This document shows, piece by piece, positions 1 through 5,661 of a stretch of DNA of 22,780 nucleotides. Source of the DNA: a virus. The stretch is from IMG/VR virus record IMGVR_UViG_3300020165_000005, positions 1 through 22,780 of that record; one strand, 5' to 3'. Each line of letters begins with the position of its first letter. The first letter of the stretch is position 1. Below the pieces are notes generated by a model. The model made no database searches, was not told the DNA's origin, and saw only the letters and a list, made by a program, of their open reading frames with translations. Position numbers and translations under genes: made by a program.

Positions 1-127
1 TCGCCAATGTGTCGAGCGCTGCGCAGTGCGTTTTTTATGCGCTTGTATTCAAGCTTTTGCGTCTTTGTCAGTACGTCCATGCTCAAAGGTAGCGCCAAAA
101 CCCAAAGAAAAAAATGAAATATTTCGC
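1..127. repeat. Terminal direct repeat, copy A (identical to 22654..22780)
   Basis: Base-by-base comparison: tcgccaatgtgtcgagcgctgcgcagtgcg...aaaaaaatgaaatatttcgc occurs at both ends. On the minus strand, 1..98 duplicates the first 33 codons of terS. Confidence 0.95.
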
Positions 128-178
128 CATGGATACTACGGCGATGCAGGCGCTTTTTGCTGAGGTTTTTGCAGGGGG

Positions 179-460
179 CTACCCCCCGTGGGCCTCGCGC
201 CCTGATTTGCTTGCGTGGCAGGGTGTGCAGAGACTCTGCCAGTTGCTTACATCAAAGAACTCGGCCCCTTGACGTACTGGAATAACGTGATCCACCACGT
301 TAGCAGGCCCGCCGCATCCTGTACACTCAGGGTTGTTCTTAAGAAAGGCCAGCCGGCTCTTACGCCAAAGATTTGTCCAGTACCTGTGATCCTGTGGCCT
401 GTCGCGCTTCCTTCCTTTGCGCCTCGGATCGGGCGTCTGCTTGCGTGGTATCGTAGGCAT
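179..460 (-). CDS. HNH homing-type endonuclease (terminase-associated)
   Basis: 93-aa ORF with the motif series CTGCGG ... VDHVIPV ... NWQSLCTPCHASK, typical of phage HNH nucleases. It lies directly upstream of terS in the circular map. Its ATG overlaps the upstream stop (TAATG). Confidence 0.85.
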   Translation of the reverse strand: MPTIPRKQTPDPRRKGRKRDRPQDHRYWTNLWRKSRLAFLKNNPECTGCGGPANVVDHVIPVRQGAEFFDVSNWQSLCTPCHASKSGREAHGG

Positions 461-639
461 TAGGCAATGTGTTCAATGAGTCCAAGCACGTCATCCGCAA
501 CCACGTTAATCCACCTGCTGCCGTATAGGTCACGCCTCTCATCTGCGTACGCTCTGAGCTGTGCGGCTATCTCCATCCTCTCGCTTTTGCTGTATCCACC
601 AATCATCGGGCGTGGTTGTTTGTAGTAATTGGAGTTCAT
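460..639 (-). CDS. Small hypothetical protein (about 59 aa if it starts at the ATG at 639; start uncertain)
   Basis: C-terminal part of the 460..936 ORF (MNSNYYKQPRPMIGGYSKSERMEIAAQLRAYADERRDLYGSRWINVVADDVLGLIEHIA). Its stop overlaps the HNH start by 1 nt (TAATG), as at other gene junctions here. The upstream part of this ORF is antisense-frame noise inside the NinG-like gene. Confidence 0.4.
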   Translation of the reverse strand: MNSNYYKQPRPMIGGYSKSERMEIAAQLRAYADERRDLYGSRWINVVADDVLGLIEHIA

Positions 640-1027
640 GGAGCGTGCCTTTAAGCTCAGCCGTTGTTGCTGTTGCTCCCTGTATAGCTTTAAAAATAGA
701 TCGCGGTAAGCCTCTTTTCTCTCCCTCCAGCCTGTCGCCGAACACCCATTGCAGTCCATGTTGCCCAATATTGCAGCCGAAACACTGAACGCGGGTGTTC
801 TGTTCGTGGTAACGTAATGGGCGGCCTTCAAACATTTGCAGGTGTCTTCGACTCGCAAAGTGTCCGGCACATAATCGGCTGAGGTGATTGCGCTTTCTGC
901 ACGTGTAGCATTCGGCATATCCTTGTTCATCTGCATATTTTGCGCGAATGTATCTGCTCCATAGCTTATCGCATTGTGCTATAATTTTGGTACGTTCAGA
1001 TTTCTTACGTTTCGGTTTCTTTGCCAT
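539..1027 (-). CDS. NinG/Rap-like recombination endonuclease
   Basis: 162 aa with a basic N-terminus. Motifs: LWSRYIR, CYTC, AGHFASRRH, NTRVQCFGCN...HG. This is the pattern I associate with the lambda NinG family. Confidence 0.65.
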   Translation of the reverse strand: MAKKPKRKKSERTKIIAQCDKLWSRYIRAKYADEQGYAECYTCRKRNHLSRLCAGHFASRRHLQMFEGRPLRYHEQNTRVQCFGCNIGQHGLQWVFGDRLEGEKRGLPRSIFKAIQGATATTAELKGTLHELQLLQTTTPDDWWIQQKREDGDSRTAQSVRR

Positions 1028-1367
1028 TGCCGTTGATTGCGTCGCTAATGTAATCCTTTAGCAGTTCACGCTCTCGCTTGCGGTTTTTGTATTCGGTTGA
1101 CTGTTGCACCATGTGCCAGTTGGCCCTTAGCTTCGTGCGGTACGCCTCGCGCTGGGTTGTATAATGCGTTTCGCACATCACCCAAAAGGCTTTTGTGTGT
1201 TCTGTTACACTGGGATGCGCTGAGAAGGTGCCGCGGTTGTTTATGAAGTATTCGCGTTCCATGGGATGCGGCTTGTAACGGCTCGCGCATTCCGCGCCGT
1301 ATACTTCTGTGATGGCGTACCTGCGTGCGTCCATCAGGTCGAGCCAAAATCTTTCTATATCGGTCAT
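1005..1367 (-). CDS. Hypothetical protein (120 aa)
   Basis: ORF trimmed to the ATG at 1367, which forms an ATGA overlap with the stop of the upstream gene (1364-1366). No family recognised. Confidence 0.6.
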   Translation of the reverse strand: MTDIERFWLDLMDARRYAITEVYGAECASRYKPHPMEREYFINNRGTFSAHPSVTEHTKAFWVMCETHYTTQREAYRTKLRANWHMVQQSTEYKNRKRERELLKDYISDAINGNGKETET

Positions 1368-2071
1368 TTCTGCGCTTGTTTTTGTCGTTCGTCCATCTCC
1401 TGCCGCTCTGTGTACGTTAGGCGGTTCTCTCCTGCCATCCAATCGGCTGGGTGTACCCTAGACGCTATTGGATTGACCTCTGTGGCGTATTCGGGCCGTA
1501 AATGCCTCATTGCTTCCTGCTGCATCCGCTCCGCGTCTTTGCGTTCGTTCTCGCGGATCGTCTGAATGATTGGCTGCTTCAATTGGTCGTATTTGGTAAA
1601 GCAATCCACGAATTGCGCCAATTTAAGGCGCTCGTAGTACGGTCCAAAGCTTTCTTTTGCCATCATGTACAGGCACAGCCGCCAATCTTCCAAAGTGAAG
1701 GCTGGAAATTGCTGTACAAGCTCGTTCACGGTCATTGCAATATGCGCCGGCTCGTTCAGTGTCTTGTTTGCGTCTATGAATTCCACGCAGCGGCTGATCA
1801 TACCGACCAGCGCCGCCCGTGTAGCGCTTTCGTTGACTATTAGGGCGGTTTTTACGTTTGTGCCCTCAAAGCACGCCGCCACTGTCAGGCGCGATACGTC
1901 CAGTTCTTGCAAATTCTGCAAGCTGTTCGCGGTTGACGTCTGTTTTAAGGTTTGACGCTCTGCTGGCGTTAGTTCTGCCGCCTGCGCGCTGTTTAAATAC
2001 AAGGCCTTTGTATCCGTTTGCGATACTTCTGTGGATCGCTTCAATTGCTTCGCTTTCGTTGGTGTACTCAT
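1364..2071 (-). CDS. Hypothetical replication-module protein (start uncertain: ATG 2071, GTG 1882 or ATG 1801)
   Basis: 235-aa ORF. The first 69 codons overlap the 3' end of the initiator gene out of frame. The well-formed part runs from about ...MISRCVEFIDANKTL... to the basic/acidic C-terminus. No family recognised. Confidence 0.55.
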   Translation of the reverse strand: MSTPTKAKQLKRSTEVSQTDTKALYLNSAQAAELTPAERQTLKQTSTANSLQNLQELDVSRLTVAACFEGTNVKTALIVNESATRAALVGMISRCVEFIDANKTLNEPAHIAMTVNELVQQFPAFTLEDWRLCLYMMAKESFGPYYERLKLAQFVDCFTKYDQLKQPIIQTIRENERKDAERMQQEAMRHLRPEYATEVNPIASRVHPADWMAGENRLTYTERQEMDERQKQAQK

Positions 2072-2597
2072 TTTGGAGTTGGATTAGTGCCCTTTGCTCA
2101 CTTTTGGGCGATTTGTAGGTAAATCGGTGATCTGTTTTCTTGTACTCCAGCCACTCAGACCATGCGGCTGTAAAGGCTTCTGTCTGCCATGGAAGTACTA
2201 TCGAAAAATTTTCCCCCTTGTTTAGTAGTGTTTTAGTAATTTGTTTAGTAAGTTGATTAGTACGTGTCCGTTTGCGCCCACCCCCCTGGCTGTTTGCACC
2301 CACCCCCCTGGCCGTTTGCGCCCACCCTAAAGTCCGTTTGTACCCACCCTGTCCGTTAGCAACCACCCCCCTATTAAGGTGGCCGCTTTGGATCAGTCTG
2401 TAAATTATCTTCCGTGTGCGGTCTTCGCTAATGCCGAGCGCCTCGGCTAGTTTGGCGTTGGTCATGAAGCACTTTTTGCCATTCTCGGCGAAGCTGGCGA
2501 CCTCAGCCAACAGAATACGATCCATAGGCGCAAGGTCTAGCGTCCAAATCTCTATCGGTATCCAAATTCCGGTTCGACTACCGTTTGCGCTTTTCAT
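1866..2597 (-). CDS. Replication initiator / replisome-organiser-like HTH protein
   Basis: From the ATG at 2597 the N-terminal segment is GIWIPIEIW..LAPMDRILLAEVASFAENGKKCFMTNAKLAEALGISEDRTRKIIYRLIQSGHL. This is the winged-helix pattern common in phage and plasmid initiators (DnaD/HTH_36-like). A Gly/basic linker is encoded by the internal DNA repeats. Confidence 0.6.
   Translation of the reverse strand: MKSANGSRTGIWIPIEIWTLDLAPMDRILLAEVASFAENGKKCFMTNAKLAEALGISEDRTRKIIYRLIQSGHLNRGVVANGQGGYKRTLGWAQTARGVGANSQGGGRKRTRTNQLTKQITKTLLNKGENFSIVLPWQTEAFTAAWSEWLEYKKTDHRFTYKSPKSEQRALIQLQNEYTNESEAIEAIHRSIANGYKGLVFKQRAGGRTNASRASNLKTDVNREQLAEFARTGRIAPDSGGVL
2222..2262. repeat. AT-rich phased TTAGT(A) repeats (candidate DNA-unwinding element)
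   Basis: TTAGT starts at 2222, 2233, 2245 and 2257, giving 11-12 bp spacing. By hand count, the roughly 42-nt stretch has 9 G and 0 C on the plus strand (about 21% GC) in a genome of roughly 50% GC. Confidence 0.5.
2270..2372. repeat. Five tandem iteron-like repeats inside the initiator gene (candidate origin)
   Basis: The five units are gtttgcgcccacccccctggc (2270), gtttgcacccacccccctggc (2292), gtttgcgcccaccctaaagtcc (2314), gtttgtacccaccctgtcc (2336) and gttagcaaccacccccct (2355). Periods are 22, 22, 22 and 19 bp. Confidence 0.6.
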
Positions 2598-2955
2598 TGA
2601 TCTGCTCAATTGTTTCGGCCACTGCGTCAAATAATTCCAACGGCTCAACCTTTTGCATGGCGACGATCTGCGTGCTGTGCTTCAATATGCCGGTTGGATT
2701 CAGTGCCATCCAGTTTTTAATGGTTCGCAGGCTCACGCCCAGGTCGTCGGCTGCGTGCTGATCACTTTCCCACTGTTGCCGTATAAACTCTCTTAGGTTC
2801 ATTGTGCTAGGTTTTAATTGGTAGCGAATCCCCTTGCTTTCGAGGTCGTCGAGGTATTTGATTGCGCTGCCATAGTTTTCGAATTTTACGCTGCTGTTAT
2901 ATGCCGGTACTTTGACGCAGTAATAAAGCCTCTCAAAATGGGAAGTTTTGGCCAT
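2578..2955 (-). CDS. Small HTH DNA-binding protein (Cro/excisionase-style helix-turn-helix in the C-terminal half)
   Basis: 125 aa from the ATG at 2955. The segment AADDLGVSLRTIKNWMALNPTG looks like a helix-turn-helix. A shorter start at the ATG at 2802 is an alternative. Overlaps the upstream gene by 23 nt. Confidence 0.5.
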   Translation of the reverse strand: MAKTSHFERLYYCVKVPAYNSSVKFENYGSAIKYLDDLESKGIRYQLKPSTMNLREFIRQQWESDQHAADDLGVSLRTIKNWMALNPTGILKHSTQIVAMQKVEPLELFDAVAETIEQINEKRKR

Positions 2956-3577
2956 CGGGTGCAGGTTGTTGGGTTTCCTTTTTTGTGTCGTCTTCAATGC
3001 TGTAATTGCGCACTACGAAGCTGCAAAATATTTTCAGCGGTCCGGGTTCAGGCAATGGGTTGCCATCTTCGTCGGTCGTCTTTTGCCATTCCCGTGTTTG
3101 GATTTTGTATTCCACCTGCATTTTTTGACCGGGATGCAATGAGATTGCTTCGTCAACCATGTCTTTAAGAAACTCCAGCGGCACAATTTGGGTATACTGG
3201 CCGTCTTTGACTTCCAAATGAATTTCGCATTTTCTAAAACCACTTGCGAACTCCATCGGTTTGTTAACTCGTTTAATAACGCCCTCGGTTGTGTGGATCA
3301 TTTTTCTAAAATTAAAGGTGATTTGATAAGATTCTGTAAATTGTGTTTGTGACCAGTTCGGCAAGTCGATTGCCCGCAACTGGTTTAATTTTAACCGCTC
3401 GAATATCTCACGCCAGCGGTTCGGCGTTGGGTTGGTGTCTATTATTTCGTCCTCTAGGCCGTCGTCGTCGTCCTTCATTGTGGACGTGCTGAGCAGCAGT
3501 AAAGCATAGTCTTTGACGTCTTCCACGTGAGCGGCTTGGTCAGCCTCCACATCGTCAAAGAAATCGTCAAGCTTCAT
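2933..3577 (-). CDS. Acidic N-terminus plus DUF3127-like OB-fold; putative ssDNA-binding protein
   Basis: 214 aa. The C-terminal half (FRKCEIHLEVKDGQYTQIVPLEFLKDMVDEAISLHPGQKMQVEYKIQTREWQ) resembles the DUF3127 pattern (..YPkk..f.lwgdkid...l..G..v.V.fdi.sREy..). The C-terminal ...NFPF is reminiscent of SSB tails. ATGA overlap with the upstream gene. Confidence 0.4.
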   Translation of the reverse strand: MKLDDFFDDVEADQAAHVEDVKDYALLLLSTSTMKDDDDGLEDEIIDTNPTPNRWREIFERLKLNQLRAIDLPNWSQTQFTESYQITFNFRKMIHTTEGVIKRVNKPMEFASGFRKCEIHLEVKDGQYTQIVPLEFLKDMVDEAISLHPGQKMQVEYKIQTREWQKTTDEDGNPLPEPGPLKIFCSFVVRNYSIEDDTKKETQQPAPDGQNFPF

Positions 3578-4185
3578 AAGCTTGCGATGATTTCACTACA
3601 AAGGTCTGCCGGTATTTTGCTGCGCTCATAGTTGTTTTTTAACCCCTGTGTTCCTGTGCGCGATCCGCGTGGTGCGGCTTCATGGCATGGTGCGCCATTT
3701 TTGCACATTGGTCGAGGTTGCCAAGTTTTGGAGTTCGTCCATATATCTGTCGGCTTCATGCGCGTATCACCATATTGGCAGTAGGTCACCGTATGCCGCT
3801 GCATTCCTTGCAACTCCGGCATTTTACGCATAAGACCTCTTGGATTCTCAATAAACCAAACGGCTGGATTAATTTCCTGTATGATTCGCAGCGTTTCACG
3901 TAGCAATTGTATGCCAAGCTTTGCCGTTTCCGTCTTTGGAATATACGCGCCAGCGCCACCAGTCCAATGGTGCCCAATAGCCGCAACACTGAATCCGGTA
4001 CACGGTGGAGATGCCCAAACTACATTGGGCTTAAACGGCACAAAACTGAGGTCAAACATCAATACATCACAAACGTAGTCGATGCCATCAAAATCATTCA
4101 GGTCTGTGCTAAAAACCTCATGACCTTGGCGCTCTGCCGCTTTGCCAATTGATCTGCTACCTGCAAATAATTCAAGTATGTTCAT
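3574..4185 (-). CDS. DNA (cytosine-5)-methyltransferase, unusually short (203 aa), orphan
   Basis: Motif I ELFAGSRS, motif IV SPPCTGFS (catalytic Pro-Cys), motif VI ENPRG, and QRH further on. No adjacent restriction endonuclease gene. Confidence 0.8.
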   Translation of the reverse strand: MNILELFAGSRSIGKAAERQGHEVFSTDLNDFDGIDYVCDVLMFDLSFVPFKPNVVWASPPCTGFSVAAIGHHWTGGAGAYIPKTETAKLGIQLLRETLRIIQEINPAVWFIENPRGLMRKMPELQGMQRHTVTYCQYGDTRMKPTDIWTNSKTWQPRPMCKNGAPCHEAAPRGSRTGTQGLKNNYERSKIPADLCSEIIASL

Positions 4186-4556
4186 TCGTCTATTTCGTCT
4201 TCGCCGTAAACGCCAGCAGTGTAAAAACCTGCGAGCTTCAAAATAGCACGCGATAAGGCGCGTTTTTCCGCCATGGCAATCGGGTACGCATTTCGGTTAT
4301 TTGCTTTGCTCGCCTCGCCATACGTTTCTACCTTGCCTATTTCGCATTTTGCGTACGCTTTAATGCAGTATTTTCCCTCTTTGGAGTCTGAGTATTCCGG
4401 CACGGTAGAAAATCGAACCTCGGCCTTTATTTTGGCTTGTAAGTGTTCGACGCCTCGGCGCGTCATAATGACAAAGCCGCGCGGATCTTTGTGGAAGTGA
4501 TCCGGATGCATATCGTATTTTGCCGATAGCGCCCTTAATTCGTCGGTGTTATTCAT
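4182..4556 (-). CDS. Hypothetical protein (124 aa), replication/recombination module
   Basis: ORF with ATGA overlaps at both ends. The segment YGEAS..N...YPIAMAEKRALSRAILKLAGFY..GVYGEDE faintly recalls the helix of Rad52-type annealing proteins. I cannot support that assignment. Confidence 0.6.
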   Translation of the reverse strand: MNNTDELRALSAKYDMHPDHFHKDPRGFVIMTRRGVEHLQAKIKAEVRFSTVPEYSDSKEGKYCIKAYAKCEIGKVETYGEASKANNRNAYPIAMAEKRALSRAILKLAGFYTAGVYGEDEIDE

Positions 4557-5077
4557 TGCTCAAAGGTTAAAGGTGTAACGTCGTAATTGATGAATGGCGC
4601 ATATCCGGATGCGAATCGCAAGCTGCTAAGGTTGTTTGACACGGGCACATCTACCACCACGTTAAATTGTTCCTCAATTAGATCCATGACGCGGCTGGCT
4701 TTCTCTCGGTGATTGGTTTCGTTTATGCCGTCAACTGCGACCAGCATATAAACGCCTTCGCCCATGCAGCTAATGCCACCAGCCACCACGTACGGCGCGG
4801 CTTCCATATCGCGCACCACGTTCTCCGGATTAAATCCAGCGCTTTGGTGCTTGCCGTCTATGTCAATCTGCACTAGCCCGCTATGCGTTAGGATCGAATC
4901 CTGCCTTCGGTTGTAAAATACACCGTGCGGCATAATCGCAGGCAGTTGTTTCTTATTAAAGTCGTTAAGCATCACATCCGGTCGCACGTGTTCGAGCCAT
5001 TCGATGAGGTAAACCATTCGCGTATCGCGAGAGAATGCGCCACGGCAGGAGCTGACTTGTATTGTTTCGATATTCAT
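4553..5077 (-). CDS. BT4734/VirE-N-terminal-like domain protein (putative primase-type domain), stand-alone
   Basis: 174 aa. The pattern KKQLPAIMPHGVF..RR.DSILTHSGLVQIDID ... SCMGEGVYML ... LSSLRFASGYAPFINYD matches the BT4734-like N-terminal domain as I recall it (LP.i.p.G.F..R ... SGl..lDiD ... S.sG.G ... R..S.D). Confidence 0.55.
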   Translation of the reverse strand: MNIETIQVSSCRGAFSRDTRMVYLIEWLEHVRPDVMLNDFNKKQLPAIMPHGVFYNRRQDSILTHSGLVQIDIDGKHQSAGFNPENVVRDMEAAPYVVAGGISCMGEGVYMLVAVDGINETNHREKASRVMDLIEEQFNVVVDVPVSNNLSSLRFASGYAPFINYDVTPLTFEQ

Positions 5078-5223
5078 CGTTCTCGGTTTTGCTTAAGGTG
5101 CATCTTCATTTTGTCAATCAGGCGAATAAACTCGCGTTCCTCGGCTAGGTCTTGCTGCCACTGGTTGAATGACTGCGGGGCTGTTACTTGTACGCTGCTG
5201 CGCACGCAAATAGGTCTTTTCAT
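5074..5223 (-). CDS. Small hypothetical protein (49 aa)
   Basis: MKRPICVRSSVQVTAPQSFNQWQQDLAEEREFIRLIDKMKMHLKQNRER. ATGA overlaps at both ends (5220-5223 and 5074-5077). Confidence 0.5.
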   Translation of the reverse strand: MKRPICVRSSVQVTAPQSFNQWQQDLAEEREFIRLIDKMKMHLKQNRER

Positions 5224-5333
5224 TGGTCTAGGGTTTGATCTTGTTGTTTGTCGTGTTGTTCGTCGGCCTCTTCGTAGTAGTCGCGGCCTTCGTCTTCGTC
5301 GTCTGCTGGGTAGTCGTATCCTTCGCGCCACAT
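5220..5333 (-). CDS. Small, very acidic hypothetical protein (37 aa)
   Basis: The ATG at 5333 opens MWREGYDYPADDEDEGRDYYEEADEQHDKQQDQTLDQ. It uses GAC/GAA codons and ends in an ATGA overlap with the next ORF. It competes with the Arg-rich GTG-started frame in the ORF track. Confidence 0.4.
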   Translation of the reverse strand: MWREGYDYPADDEDEGRDYYEEADEQHDKQQDQTLDQ

Positions 5334-5336
5334 GGT

Positions 5337-5367
5337 AAAAAAATAAAGCCCCGCCCGAAGGCAGGGC
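5337..5367 (-). terminator. Rho-independent terminator/attenuator after the 74-aa gene
   Basis: Minus-strand RNA GCCCUGCC-UUCG-GGCGGGGC (8 bp including one G.U pair, UUCG loop), followed by UUUAUUUUUUU. Confidence 0.7.
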
Positions 5368-5374
5368 ATTGGGT

Positions 5375-5599
5375 TTACTTCTGCCTATTCAATAACGTTT
5401 GGCACGCAGCTTGACAGCTCTCAAGGCTGTTGAATCCTTTATTCTCGTAAACCTCATCAAGCTCGCTGTTTACATTCCTTGAAACTCTCCACACGTTGCA
5501 AGCGTTGTGAAAAAATGGGATAAAGCTTATATTCTCTCCGTAGATGTTTGTAAAATCCTGTGCGTTTGTCATGGCGTTGGTGTTTTGTTCGTTGTTCAT
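5375..5599 (-). CDS. Hypothetical 74-aa protein in a terminator-bracketed, low-GC cassette (moron-like or first early gene)
   Basis: MNNEQNTNAMTNAQDF...FHNACNVWRV...ESCQAACQTLLNRQK. About 41% GC by hand count. The start is trimmed to the ATG at 5599 because the upstream extension runs through the promoter/operator repeats. Confidence 0.55.
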   Translation of the reverse strand: MNNEQNTNAMTNAQDFTNIYGENISFIPFFHNACNVWRVSRNVNSELDEVYENKGFNSLESCQAACQTLLNRQK

Positions 5600-5605
5600 A
5601 AGGCG

Positions 5606-5646
5606 AATATAATGCAACTTTCTGCATCTGTGCAACTTTCTGCATC
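5606..5646 (-). promoter_or_regulatory. Promoter-like region overlaid by two perfect 16-bp direct repeats (operator candidates)
   Basis: TGCAACTTTCTGCATC occurs at 5613-5628 and 5631-5646. On the coding strand there is TTGCAC (5635-5630), an 18-nt spacer, then TATATT (5611-5606). TATATTCG is also a one-mismatch match to the Bacteroidota -7 box TAnnTTTG. Confidence 0.45.
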
Positions 5647-5661
5647 TTTTTTATTGGGCAC

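Noticed and set aside
84-91. An exact TAnnTTTG (TACCTTTG on the coding strand) as a Bacteroidota-type late promoter -7 box
   Set aside because: It sits 3 nt upstream of the terS ATG at 80 and inside the ORF if TTG at 98 is the start. The predicted transcription start would therefore fall in or after the start codon. No properly spaced TTTG -33 element was found.
1-127. The terminal repeats as LTRs, att sites, IS ends or a second terS fragment gene
   Set aside because: They are direct, perfectly identical and located exactly at the contig ends, and they interrupt a single terS ORF. No integrase or transposase is present. An assembly closure overlap or terminal redundancy explains them.
174-187. 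The GGGGG-CTA-CCCCCC hairpin at the HNH stop codon as a terminator
   Set aside because: The loop is only 3 nt and no U-tract follows on the coding strand (TGCAAAAACC instead). A terminator here would cut terS off from upstream transcription. It may instead be part of the packaging-site region.
460-936. The full 158-aa ORF 460..936 as a gene
   Set aside because: Its first ~60-100 codons are an alternate frame of the motif-bearing part of the NinG-like gene (CYTC, AGHF, QCFGCN). Only the 3' portion is plausibly coding.
2270-2372. The tandem repeat array as a possible CRISPR array
   Set aside because: The repeats are contiguous with no spacers, only 18-22 bp long and degenerate. They lie inside a coding region and no cas genes are present. 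An iteron/origin interpretation fits better.
5074-5331. The 85-aa ORF from the track taken as a single gene
   Set aside because: It needs a GTG start. Its first 36 residues are an Arg run built from CGA/AGA codons, overlying an ATG-started acidic frame. An internal ATG at 5223 forms an ATGA junction. I split it into two small ORFs, with low confidence.
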